Source of the DNA: Nostoc punctiforme PCC 73102
Lineage (GTDB): Bacteria; Cyanobacteriota; Cyanobacteriia; Cyanobacteriales; Nostocaceae
Direction of reading: 5' to 3'
NCBI RefSeq assembly: GCF_000020025.1
Contig: NC_010628.1
Location: 4,980,001 to 5,012,000, forward strand
Length of the DNA stretch: 32,000 nucleotides
The translations under genes were made by a program, and so were the position numbers. Positions within the stretch are counted from its first letter, which is position 1; every line of letters starts with the position of its first letter. Under the pieces are notes generated by a model. The model saw only the letters and a list, made by a program, of their open reading frames with translations, was not told the origin of the DNA and ran no database searches. Positions 1 through 8,400 of the stretch are shown piece after piece.

Positions 1-122
1 CAGTTAGCTTTTTTACTTTTTAATAGCTACCTATTTCAATGTAATCTTTCCGGTTGGAATCAGTACGTTATAACAACTCTTAATTGTTAAGATATCTCCA
101 AACTGGGGTAATTAGCCGAAGT

Positions 123-878
123 TCAAGAGTCTTGAGTTTTGGGTAACTGCTGTTGGGGAGGCTGTGCCGTGTTCTGCTTCGCCTCGGTAAGCAAACTGTT
201 GTGCTGTATGTTTTCTGCCTGATTTAAAACCTGTACCTTCATCGCTGCTAATTCGGCATCCACATTATTAGTAGATTCCAAGGAAGTAAATTGTGTTTCC
301 AAGTCGTCGCTACCGAGTTGAGCGATCGCTTCTGATTTAGCTTCTATTTGCAAAACTTTTTCTTCCATACGCTCAAAGGCGCTCAGACTGCTGGTAGCAG
401 AAACTCCCCCAAGCATTTCCTGGAGGCGAGAAGATGCTTCAGCAGAACGGGCGCGAGCAATATACATATCTTTTTTTGTTTTCGCCTCGGAAATTTTTAA
501 CTCTAGCGATCGCATATCCTTTTTTAGCCTAGCGACTATATCGTTTTGCTGCTCTATCTGAGAAAAGAGGGCTGTACTGGTTTCTTTATAAGCTTGGCGC
601 TTAGTCAAAGCTTCCCGTGCTAGAGGTTCATTGCCTTGTTGTAAGGCCAATTGGGCGCGGCGATACCATTCTTCTGTTTGAGAGTTGGCAGCCGCCGCCT
701 GTCGTTGGGTGCGTTTTTGGGTAGCGATCGCTTGTGCTACACCCGAACGCAACTGCACCAGATTTTCCTGCATTTCTAGGACAGTTTGCTCTAGAATCTT
801 TTCTGGATCTTCTGCACCACCGATCAAACTATTGAGATTAGCGCGAATCACCCGCAGAATACGCTTGATTAATTCCAT
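123..878 (-). CDS. PspA/IM30 (Vipp1-like) family membrane-stress/remodelling protein
   Basis: 251-aa ORF. The N-terminus MELIKRILRVIRANLNSL..AEDPEKILEQ..MQENLVQLR and the long coiled-coil body are typical of PspA/IM30. An extra C-terminal helix (VDAELAAMKVQVL) plus a Q/P-rich tail resembles the Vipp1 extension. A GGAGAG SD sits just upstream of the ATG. Confidence 0.85.
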   Translation of the reverse strand: MELIKRILRVIRANLNSLIGGAEDPEKILEQTVLEMQENLVQLRSGVAQAIATQKRTQRQAAAANSQTEEWYRRAQLALQQGNEPLAREALTKRQAYKETSTALFSQIEQQNDIVARLKKDMRSLELKISEAKTKKDMYIARARSAEASSRLQEMLGGVSATSSLSAFERMEEKVLQIEAKSEAIAQLGSDDLETQFTSLESTNNVDAELAAMKVQVLNQAENIQHNSLLTEAKQNTAQPPQQQLPKTQDS

Positions 879-914
879 GTCGGCTCTCCATTCACGAAAC
901 TCAATGCTGAGTAA

Positions 915-942
915 TGAGTGCTGAGTAATGAGTATAAAAATT
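915..942. repeat. 2 x 14-nt tandem repeat TGCTGAGTAATGAG; related GTGCTGAGTA copies in both orientations up to ~1096
   Basis: Direct reading: units at 915-928 and 929-942. Further copies lie at 973-984 (+), 1051-1060 (reverse complement) and 1087-1096 (reverse complement). Confidence 0.8.
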
Positions 943-1127
943 TTGTAGGAGGGTAGTTATGGAGTGCTGAATACTCAGTCAAAGTACTGGGTATAAAATT
1001 TTTGTCGTAGTGTCATAAACAAGTCAGATTTTGTATCTACTACTCAGCACGGGCTAAACCTTAGCTATCCGCTAACAGCACTCATAAGTCAGGACTGTTA
1101 TCTCATGGTATCGTAGATTTTTGCAAC

Positions 1128-2483
1128 TTATGGTTGCTGAACTCGTGCCTTAATTCCCTTTGCCTGTAATAATTGCATTTGTTTTTGTACTTGCTCTTTA
1201 GTCTTAAAAGCACCAAGATAAATCAATTCTTTGTTGGGTGATAAATAAGCATCAGGAATTACTTGCCGTGCTGAAGCAAAAGCTGCACCTTTATTATCTA
1301 TCACGACATGGTAGAACCCATCTGTTCCTGGTTTGATTTCTGCATTAGGCTTTGGTGAGGCTGCTATTGGCTGGGGTGAGGTTTTTGCCGTTGAAATGGG
1401 AGGTAAATTTAGGGGAGGTAAGGGTTGTACAGTTGGTACTGGCGCTAAAGCGATCGGATTTGTCGGTTTTAGGGCTGTATTGGGGTTAGACAATGGCGCT
1501 TGAGGATTTACAGGGTTTTGGCGAACGCCTGGATTAGGCACTACTGCGACGGTTGGTTGGACTTTAGGTTGTAAGCCAACTAGATCGTTAGGATCTCTCA
1601 CATCAGGAAACTCTTGGGCAGCTAGATTGGGATACATAGATGATGTGCTTGGTGGCTGGATCTGAGGCTGGACATTACTCCCAACTTCTTCAGTATTTCC
1701 TGGTGCGGGAGACGAGTTTCCGTTAAACAAATTGGCTAAATTCCATTGAGGCAAACCTTTAGGATTGAATACTACATAACCCAAGGTAAGACTTGCTAAC
1801 AATAGCAGCAACATTGAGCCGATACCTAAAGGTGATAGCAGACTGTCACTAGAATTGCTTGGTTTTTGGGTTTCTGGTTGTTCTTCTGTCAGACTTCGCA
1901 GTAGTGCTTCACTAGATTCTAAGTAGTCATCTGGGTGCTTAGGGGTGTTATCTGTCTGCAAAAGATTTTCGCTCTTAGTATCTTTAACAATTGCTGGCAC
2001 GATGCTGCTACTAAAATTCGGCGGTGGCGGTGGAAGTTGAGTTTGTGTTTTAGCAGAATCTTGGGTAGAGGGCACATTGAGATTATTTAGTTCTTCGATA
2101 TTTGCCGTAACTGGCGCTCGGTTCATCTCAGAATTCACAGCTACAGAAGATGCTGGTGGTACGTCAATTTCTGTAACTGGCGCTGGGGTTCCCTGATGAT
2201 TCACAGGTACAGCAGGCGGCACGTTAGTTTTAATTTCCGTTACTGATGACTGAGTTGTTCCCAATGTTGTAGGAATGGCACTCAAAGACTGGGTTTGACT
2301 GCTAATATAACTTGCAACACGGCGTTGGTTTGATGACACTAAACCATTTCGCGTGCGTCGGTATCGAGCTAATTCTTGATCTAGCGGTACTTCTAAACTT
2401 GCTAGTGCTGCTGTTAGTGCTGGTTTCAACCCAAGCGTTTTAGACGATTGAGTACCGGAATCGTTTAGGGAGTTTTGAGTCAT
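1128..2483 (-). CDS. Hypothetical Pro/Gln-rich single-pass membrane protein with SPOR-like C-terminal domain
   Basis: 451-aa ORF with long low-complexity P/Q/N/S/T stretches. One hydrophobic segment (GIGSMLLLLLASLTLGYVVF). The C-terminal ~65 aa (GFYHVVID..ELIYLGAFKTKEQVQKQMQLLQAKGIKARV) follow a SPOR-like beta-alpha-beta pattern. Confidence 0.6.
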   Translation of the reverse strand: MTQNSLNDSGTQSSKTLGLKPALTAALASLEVPLDQELARYRRTRNGLVSSNQRRVASYISSQTQSLSAIPTTLGTTQSSVTEIKTNVPPAVPVNHQGTPAPVTEIDVPPASSVAVNSEMNRAPVTANIEELNNLNVPSTQDSAKTQTQLPPPPPNFSSSIVPAIVKDTKSENLLQTDNTPKHPDDYLESSEALLRSLTEEQPETQKPSNSSDSLLSPLGIGSMLLLLLASLTLGYVVFNPKGLPQWNLANLFNGNSSPAPGNTEEVGSNVQPQIQPPSTSSMYPNLAAQEFPDVRDPNDLVGLQPKVQPTVAVVPNPGVRQNPVNPQAPLSNPNTALKPTNPIALAPVPTVQPLPPLNLPPISTAKTSPQPIAASPKPNAEIKPGTDGFYHVVIDNKGAAFASARQVIPDAYLSPNKELIYLGAFKTKEQVQKQMQLLQAKGIKARVQQP

Positions 2484-2633
2484 TGCCTGTGTGCCTCAAA
2501 CGTAGATTTCTGGAATAACTATAGATATATTTCTGACAATATTAGCGAAAATTATTTAAATAGATAGATTGGGAATTGGGAATGCTTATTCTCCTTGTCT
2601 ACCCCACTCCTAACTCCTCACTTAGCACTTTGA

Positions 2634-3176
2634 ATGATGTCGTTGAAATCGATTAATGATATTTTAGGTGTTCTGGAAAAGCAGTCTAAATGGCAGGAGC
2701 AACCATTTCAACGCTTGCTCAAGTGTTGGGCAAGTGTTGTTGGGCCAGTGGTTGCCGCAAATACTCGACCATTGTCGATTCAACGCGATGTTTTGTCGGT
2801 AGCAACTTCTAGTGCTGCTTGGGCGCAAAACCTGACTTTTGGTCGCACGTCTCTGCTTTTAAAGTTGAATAAAACACTGCCAACGCCTTTGGTTGATATT
2901 CGCTTCTCTACTGCTAGCTGGCAGAATCCATCTGTGGAGACAAAACAGCAACAAACGGTTTTGCCCCACGAGCATCCCAGTTACCTTGGTGATGAGATTA
3001 GTCGCCCTGATGTTACACCCACCAAGGATGTAAATGCTGCTTTTGGGCATTGGACGAAGATTATGCGATCGCGATCGCATGGCTTACCCCTTTGTCCTCA
3101 ATGTGAATCTCCCACCCCACCGGGCGAACTCCAGCGCTGGGCAGTCTGTTCTGTCTGTGCTGCTAAACAGTTTTAA
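2634..3176 (+). CDS. DUF721 (DciA-like) domain protein with C-terminal CxxC..CxxC zinc-ribbon
   Basis: 180-aa ORF. The N-terminal two-thirds (W..VVGP.VAANTRPLSIQRDVLSVATSSAAWAQNL.F....LL.KLN) matches the DUF721 pattern as I remember it. The C-terminus has CPQC...CSVC. Confidence 0.7.
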   Translation: MMSLKSINDILGVLEKQSKWQEQPFQRLLKCWASVVGPVVAANTRPLSIQRDVLSVATSSAAWAQNLTFGRTSLLLKLNKTLPTPLVDIRFSTASWQNPSVETKQQQTVLPHEHPSYLGDEISRPDVTPTKDVNAAFGHWTKIMRSRSHGLPLCPQCESPTPPGELQRWAVCSVCAAKQF

Positions 3177-3645
3177 AGCGAGTCAGTCTTGCTCTAAATT
3201 GAACGCAAAATATTTCAGCGATTATTGCTTGGGCAGAATTTATCTGAAAGTAATTTGCGCCATCTAGAGAAGTTCGTTCTAAATCCTTGAGAAAAAAGAT
3301 GTTTTACAGCTAGAATATACCAAACGTGGTATACAATCCAGACTATTTATCTTAAATTATATGCCTTAAGCCATCCTTAAGGAGGAAGTTAAAAGGCTAA
3401 ATAAATCAAAAGCTTTGGCTTTACTCTTGATCCCTAATAAGTTTTAGCCAAAATCAATAGGTAATCACTCTCCAGATTATTTAAAAATATAACAAGATTA
3501 TAAAAATATCCTAAAGTTTATTTTTTCGTCGGGATCGCTGAAAGCTATAGAAAATAATGGTTTTTTGGCTTTTATCCGTCTTTATATATAGAAGCAAAAT
3601 ATAAAGATGAAATTCAGCCGAAAACGGCACTAAAGATGAATCCGA

Positions 3646-3963
3646 ATGAAACCTATTAAATTTTTAGCATCTGCCTGTAAATATTGCCGTCATTACCAGC
3701 CAGAAGGTCGCCGTGGTGGAACGTGCCAGCAGTTGGGAGCGCCAGTCCAAGCAACTTGGAAGGCTTGCTCCTTGGCGCTCCCACCTTTTGCACCTTCTTG
3801 GGAAACCTTGGAAGATGCTTGGACTTTGCCAGATGCAAGGCCAGTTTTAGCTTGTTCTCATTCCCCGGCTTCAGATTTAGATCGTGCTGCTCCTGCTCCT
3901 GTAGAAGAAATAACTGCCTCTATATATTCTGAAGAGGCCAAGACTAAAGCAGTGTTTATTTAG
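3646..3963 (+). CDS. Hypothetical small Cys-motif protein (CxxC-x12-C-x13-C)
   Basis: 105-aa ORF preceded by a 465-bp AT-rich spacer. Four N-terminal cysteines (C11, C14, C27, C41) suggest metal binding. I recognise no family. Confidence 0.45.
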   Translation: MKPIKFLASACKYCRHYQPEGRRGGTCQQLGAPVQATWKACSLALPPFAPSWETLEDAWTLPDARPVLACSHSPASDLDRAAPAPVEEITASIYSEEAKTKAVFI

Positions 3964-4049
3964 TTATCCATTATTACTGAACCAATTTTGCAGTTTGCTT
4001 AAGATAAGATTTGCTTTTAAGATATTTAGTGCCATAAAAGTTGACATTT

Positions 4050-4086
4050 GCAAAAATCGCACCTCAATAAAGGGTGCGATTTTTGC
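4050..4086. terminator. Perfect 14-bp hairpin between convergent genes (candidate bidirectional intrinsic terminator)
   Basis: GCAAAAATCGCACC-tcaataaag-GGTGCGATTTTTGC. It lies between the 3' ends of 3646..3963 (+) and menB (-), with A/T runs on both sides. Confidence 0.6.
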
Positions 4087-4090
4087 AATT

Positions 4091-4924
4091 TTAAGGTAGC
4101 CAAGGAAAAGAGCGAAAATCTGGTGGACGCTTTTCGAGAAAAGCTTGTTTGCCTTCAGACCCTTCTTCTGTCATGTAATAGAGTAAGGTGGCATTGCCCG
4201 CGAGTTCTTGTAAACCAGCCTGTCCGTCACAATCAGCATTGAAGGCGGATTTGAGACATCGAATTGCGATCGGGCTTTTTTCTAAAATCTCCTGCGCCCA
4301 TTGAATACCTTCCGCTTCTAGTTGTTCGACTGGGACGACGAAATTAATTAAGCCCATTTCTAGCGCTTGTTGTGCATCATATTGGCGGCAGAGAAACCAA
4401 ATTTCTCGTGCTTTTTTTTGTCCCACAATGCGGGCGAGATAGCTGGCTCCAAAACCACCGTCAAAACTGCCGACTTTGGGGCCAGTCTGTCCGAAAATGG
4501 CGTTATCGGCAGCGATGGTCAGGTCGCAAATTAAGTGTAAGACGTGTCCACCACCGATCGCATATCCAGCGACTAAAGCAATCACCACTTTCGGCATAGA
4601 ACGAATCAGGCGTTGTAAGTCCAGCACATTCAAGCGAGGGATACCAGTATCATCCACATAACCCGCATGTCCGCGCACGCTTTGATCGCCACCGGAACAG
4701 AAGGCATATTTGCCATCAGTATGTGGGCCATAGCCAGTAAATAGGACGACACCAATAGTAGTATCTTCACGAGCATTACAGAAAGCGTCATACAGTTCAA
4801 AGACTGTTTCAGGACGGAAAGCATTGCGTTTATGGGGACGGTTGATGGTGATTTTTGCAATGCCATCAGTTTTTTGATACAGAATATCTTCGTAGGTTTT
4901 GGCAGTTTGCCAGTTAATTTGCAT
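4091..4924 (-). CDS. menB: 1,4-dihydroxy-2-naphthoyl-CoA synthase
   Basis: 277-aa ORF of the crotonase fold. [24 protein letters not shown] and GGDQ..RG..GY..D....RLNVLDLQ are diagnostic MenB blocks. Confidence 0.93.
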   Translation of the reverse strand: MQINWQTAKTYEDILYQKTDGIAKITINRPHKRNAFRPETVFELYDAFCNAREDTTIGVVLFTGYGPHTDGKYAFCSGGDQSVRGHAGYVDDTGIPRLNVLDLQRLIRSMPKVVIALVAGYAIGGGHVLHLICDLTIAADNAIFGQTGPKVGSFDGGFGASYLARIVGQKKAREIWFLCRQYDAQQALEMGLINFVVPVEQLEAEGIQWAQEILEKSPIAIRCLKSAFNADCDGQAGLQELAGNATLLYYMTEEGSEGKQAFLEKRPPDFRSFPWLP

Positions 4925-4964
4925 TGGTATGAAGTGCGCTGTTGCTTCAAGAATTTTATCGCGG

Positions 4965-5005
4965 ACGTAGGGACATGCGATACCTGCGGCGGGCTACGCC
5001 TAGGC
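4965..5005. repeat. SDR-like compound short dispersed repeat (left copy flanking the Rpn/DUF2887 gene)
   Basis: ACGTAGGGacatgCGATACCTGCGGcGGGCTACGCCTAgGC. A near-identical direct copy lies at 5894-5937. The GGGCTACGCCTACG core recurs at 15030-15043 and, inverted, at 17273-17301. Confidence 0.8.
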
Positions 5006-5063
5006 TAAATTGTTGTCTCAAGCCTTTACAATCTGGTAATTGTCTGGGTGTTGAGGAATAAAA

Positions 5064-5888
5064 ATGCGACGTGACACCATCTTCTATAAATTATTTAAGC
5101 AATTTCCGGGATTGCTGTTTGAATTAGTAGATGAACCACCTTCAGAAGCGGAAAACTACCAGTTTGAATCAGTTGAGGTGAAAGAAACAGCGTTTCGGAT
5201 TGATGGAGTATTTTTACCTCCAGCTGATGCAGTTTCCAAAACCGTCTTTTTTGCAGAAGTCCAGTTTCAGAAGGACGAAGACTTATATCACCGCTTCTTT
5301 AGTGAATTGTTTTTGTTTCTCTACCGCAACTCGATTCGTTACGATGACTGGTTTGGTGTAATAATTTTTGCTTCTCGCAGTCTTGAACCTTCTAACTCAA
5401 CAATTCACCGCGCTTTGTTGGAAAGTGGTCAAGTCAGGCGGGTTTATCTGGATGAGTTGGGGGATTTGCGACAACAACCTTTGGGATTAGGTTTGATGTT
5501 GTTGACAAATGTTACTTCTGAAACGGAAGCAGTGGAAGGGGCGCGGTTTTTGCTGGAGCAAGCACGGCAACAATCGGAGCAAGCGATAATTGATTTAGTG
5601 ACGACGATTATCGTCTACAAATTTGCTAACCTAAGTCGAGAGGAGATTGCAGCAATGTTAGGACTAAATCTGGAAGAGCCACGGGCGATTCGGGAAGCGA
5701 AGGAAGAAGAAGCGCGATCGCTCATCTTAAGACTATTAAACCGACGGGTGGGTGAGTTTCCTGAGTCGCTTCAGCGCCAGATTCAGGTGTTGTCGCTAGA
5801 ACAGTTAGAAGCTTTAGGTGACGCTTTGTTGGATTTCTCTTCTCTTGCTGATTTGGAAGGGTGGTTACAAAGTCAACAAAGCGGGTAA
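5064..5888 (+). CDS. Rpn family recombination-promoting nuclease / DUF2887 (PD-(D/E)XK) protein
   Basis: 274-aa ORF. The N-terminus D.IFYKLF...P..LFEL, then FRIDGVFLP and AEVQFQKD (nuclease-like D...E.Q motif), are typical of the cyanobacterial DUF2887/Rpn family. It is a paralog of 24290..25123. Confidence 0.75.
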   Translation: MRRDTIFYKLFKQFPGLLFELVDEPPSEAENYQFESVEVKETAFRIDGVFLPPADAVSKTVFFAEVQFQKDEDLYHRFFSELFLFLYRNSIRYDDWFGVIIFASRSLEPSNSTIHRALLESGQVRRVYLDELGDLRQQPLGLGLMLLTNVTSETEAVEGARFLLEQARQQSEQAIIDLVTTIIVYKFANLSREEIAAMLGLNLEEPRAIREAKEEEARSLILRLLNRRVGEFPESLQRQIQVLSLEQLEALGDALLDFSSLADLEGWLQSQQSG

Positions 5889-5893
5889 GTTTC

Positions 5894-5937
5894 ACGTAGG
5901 GGAAAAGGGCGATACCTGCGGTGGGCTACGCCTACGC
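5894..5937. repeat. SDR-like compound short dispersed repeat (right copy flanking the Rpn/DUF2887 gene)
   Basis: ACGTAGGGgaaaaggGCGATACCTGCGGtGGGCTACGCCTAcGC, a direct repeat of 4965-5005. The ends CGTAGG/CCTACG can pair as a hairpin. Confidence 0.8.
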
Positions 5938-5956
5938 ACTCCGTCAAATAATGATG

Positions 5957-6162
5957 GCTACAAATGTTTCCCGAAGTGAAGAAGCATTTGCAGACACGCG
6001 GGTATATCAGAAGCGGTGGAAGATGGAGTGCGATCGCTCCTCCTGCGACTGTTAAAACGACTATTTGGTAAAATTGCTGAGGTACTTTTAGCCGAAGTAT
6101 AAGTATTCTCGCTGAAACAGTTGGAAGCGATTGAGATTGCGATCGCTGACTTGGAAGGGTGA
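5957..6162 (+). pseudogene. Fossil 3' fragment of an Rpn/DUF2887 gene (frameshifts and in-frame stops)
   Basis: Translation across three frames gives GYKCFPK*, SEEAFADTRVYQ and EAVEDGVRSLLLRLLKRLFGKIAEVLLAEV*VFSLKQLEAIEIAIADLEG*. This aligns with EAKEEEARSLILRLLNRRVGEF..VLSLEQLEALGDAL..ADLEGW of the intact gene. Nucleotide similarity is visible at the end (ttggaagggtgAtta vs ttggaagggtgGtta). Confidence 0.75.
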
Positions 6163-6176
6163 TTATAAACTCAATC

Positions 6177-6201
6177 AACGGTCACAAACCGTTTTTGTTT
6201 T
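6177..6201 (+). terminator. Intrinsic terminator-like hairpin after the fossil gene end
   Basis: AACGGT-cacaa-ACCGTT followed by TTTGTTTT. Confidence 0.55.
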
Positions 6202-6365
6202 ATGCTAATTTGCAGTCTAAAAATATAAAGAATATAATGTTTGTTGTTAATTCCATGATTTCACCTCATCAAAGATAATATTCTATGGATTTTCTGAAAA
6301 CTACAATATAATAATTAATCAATTTCCAAAAAATTAAATAAAAGCCAACATTTATCAAGTAATAG

Positions 6366-8240
6366 TTAAATTTTAATATCCACCGCAAACTGTCCTAAAT
6401 TATCTTTTCGCCACTGAGCATCATGTTTGCGATTTGTCCGCACCTCCAAAACCCTAATCCCATGATTTGGAAGCGGGTTTAATCTTTGCTGCAAATGCTG
6501 CCAAGAAGTAATCAATTCATGCTGCACATTATAAGTAGCGCACAACTGAGCAAAATCAATATCCTGGGGAGTGCCAAAAAATTCTTCAAATGGTGGGTCA
6601 AACTTGGCAATAGGTAACATTTCAAAAATGCCACCGCCATTGTTGTTGATTAATACAATCGTCAAATGTCCGACAAACTTATTGCGGATTAAAAAACCAT
6701 TTGTGTCATGCAACAGAGCTAAATCCCCCGTTAACATCACACTACTTTGTTGGCGATGGGCAATTCCTAAAGCTGTGGATAATGTGCCATCGATGCCATT
6801 TGCACCTCGGTTAAAGTGCGATCGCACTCCTAAATTATTAGGCTTCCAGAAATATTCCACATCCCGCACAGGCATACTATTGGCAATAAACAGAGGCGTT
6901 CCTGGCGGTAAAATCTGAGAAATTAACCAAGCTGCTTTACTCTCAATTATTTCATCTATTTTCCCCATCGTCTCATCAACAGCTAACCTAACCTTAGCTT
7001 CCGCATCACACCATTGCTGCAAATAGTCTGAAGAGAAAGATAAATTTATCTCCTCTACTTTTATATCTTCTACAGATATCCGTAAATGCGTCGTCCTCCC
7101 GTGCAAAGGGTCAAGGTTTTGATCGCTCTTGTCAATTACCCAGCGTCGGGGTTGGGTTGCATCTATCCAGCTACGCAGTTCTTTACTCGTAGGCATTTCA
7201 CCCACCTGAATCACCATTTCGGGCGCTAACTGCTTTGCTAGTTGCTGATTTCGCAAAATCAGGTCATAAGTAGAAATTAAATAAGGGTTGAGTTCGGCAT
7301 AATTTCTCACTGGGGAGAGTCCCTCAGCTAGCACAGGCCATTTGAGAGTTTGGGAAAGGTGGGCGATCGCTCTACAATACTCTTCTGGTTGTGACGGTTG
7401 GGCAACACCTGCAATAATAATGCCGCGATCGCATTCTTTCCACTCTTGGGGAATGGGGAACTTGTATTGAGCGCAGTCGTTGGCGCAGCCTCTCGTAGAG
7501 AAGTATGGGGAACTTGTACTGAGCGCAGTCGTTGGCGCAGCCTCTCGTAGAGAAGTATGGGGAACTTGTACTGAGCGCAGTCGAAGTATGGGGAATTGGG
7601 TAATACTTGCTATTCCTGCGAAGAAGTCTTCTGGGTGGAACTGGGACTGTAAATAACTCAAGTCGGTTCCATCAGGAACAGGTGCTAGGGGATCGCGAAA
7701 GGGAATATTTAAATGTACTGGCCCCTTTGTAGGAGTTTGCGCCCTTTCCCAGCTATGAATTACTGTTTGTCGCAGATAAGCTAGCATTCCCATATCAGCA
7801 GAGGGTAAGGCTAACTCTGTTTGCCAATTTGGGTAGGTTCCATATAATCTCAACTGGTCTACGGTTTGACCTGAGTGACAATCTCGCAATTCTGGCGGTC
7901 TATCGGTGGTTAATACCAACAATGGTACGCGACTATATGAAGCTTCAATGACTGCTGAATAAAAATTTGCTCCTGCTGTACCAGAGGTACAAACTAGTAC
8001 CACAGGGCGACCGGTTGCTTGAGCTTGTCCCAAAGCGAAAAAGGCGGCTGAACGTTCATCGAGAATGGAAATCGCTTCAATCTCAGGTGCTTGTTGAGCA
8101 AAGGCGATCGTTAAGGGTGTAGAGCGCGATCCGGGACAAATGATGGCACAAGTCAATCCCAACCGCTTTAGGGCCTCTGTTAAAATGTAAGCCCAAAGTT
8201 GATTAACATTCCTAAAGGCGATCGGCATTAAATCAAACAT
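6366..8240 (-). CDS. menD: 2-succinyl-5-enolpyruvyl-6-hydroxy-3-cyclohexene-1-carboxylate synthase (carries a 45-aa repeat-derived insertion)
   Basis: 624-aa ORF. N.LWA....E.L.R.G......CPGSRSTPL, ..DERSAAFFALG and VCTSGTA.AN..SAV.EA are ThDP-enzyme/MenD blocks. It is ~45 aa longer than I expect for MenD because of the repeat array at 7447-7600. Confidence 0.9.
   Translation of the reverse strand: MFDLMPIAFRNVNQLWAYILTEALKRLGLTCAIICPGSRSTPLTIAFAQQAPEIEAISILDERSAAFFALGQAQATGRPVVLVCTSGTAGANFYSAVIEASYSRVPLLVLTTDRPPELRDCHSGQTVDQLRLYGTYPNWQTELALPSADMGMLAYLRQTVIHSWERAQTPTKGPVHLNIPFRDPLAPVPDGTDLSYLQSQFHPEDFFAGIASITQFPILRLRSVQVPHTSLREAAPTTALSTSSPYFSTRGCANDCAQYKFPIPQEWKECDRGIIIAGVAQPSQPEEYCRAIAHLSQTLKWPVLAEGLSPVRNYAELNPYLISTYDLILRNQQLAKQLAPEMVIQVGEMPTSKELRSWIDATQPRRWVIDKSDQNLDPLHGRTTHLRISVEDIKVEEINLSFSSDYLQQWCDAEAKVRLAVDETMGKIDEIIESKAAWLISQILPPGTPLFIANSMPVRDVEYFWKPNNLGVRSHFNRGANGIDGTLSTALGIAHRQQSSVMLTGDLALLHDTNGFLIRNKFVGHLTIVLINNNGGGIFEMLPIAKFDPPFEEFFGTPQDIDFAQLCATYNVQHELITSWQHLQQRLNPLPNHGIRVLEVRTNRKHDAQWRKDNLGQFAVDIKI
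7447..7600. repeat. Tandem SDR-like array inside menD (52 + 52 + 31 nt = 135 nt, in frame overall)
   Basis: The unit GGGGAACTTGTAyTGAGCGCAGTCG[TTGGCGCAGCCTCTCGTAGAG]AAGTAT starts at 7455, 7507 and 7559. The third copy lacks the bracketed 21 nt. The same modules occur intergenically at 18131-18236. Confidence 0.9.
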
Positions 8241-8400
8241 AGCTATAAAACAATCTGAAATTTTAGATTTTGTTTAGGGAAATTTAATTTAAAATCCATC
8301 TGGGAAAGTTTGGTGAAAAGAAGTCCAAGGGAGGGAAGCCGATCCTCGATACTTTCTTGCTCCACTTTCTACAAAATGCCCAATTTGCTCTCAAACTTTT

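Noticed and set aside
685-924. Antisense or alternative-frame ORFs embedded in strongly supported genes: 685..924, 2859..3080, 3034..3267, 3656..3838, 3684..3932, 4048..4242, 4372..4599, 4476..4661, 4630..4950, 6571..6918, 8556..8774, 10146..10388, 10563..10775, 11426..11629, 12679..12954, 12975..13241, 13225..13440, 14388..14576, 14528..14740, 16868..17125, 17575..17826, 18082..18264, 19356..19556, 20491..20781, 23065..23259, 23415..23600, 23649..23831, 25451..25924, 25584..25769, 27168..27542, 27173..27400, 30353..30538, 30372..30701, 30897..31226
   Set aside because: Each overlaps a gene with clear family motifs on the other strand or in another frame. Their sequences are low-complexity or Arg/Ser/Cys-rich, typical of shadow ORFs.
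5873-6178. 101-aa minus-strand ORF from the ORF track
   Set aside because: It lies antisense to the fossil DUF2887 3' fragment and the SDR copy. It has no recognisable features, and the plus-strand homology explains the region.
8256-8273. Imperfect palindrome AATCTGAAATTTTAGATT in the menD/folB divergent spacer as a regulator site
   Set aside because: It is AT-rich, has one mismatch, and has no second copy or known consensus. This is too weak to call.
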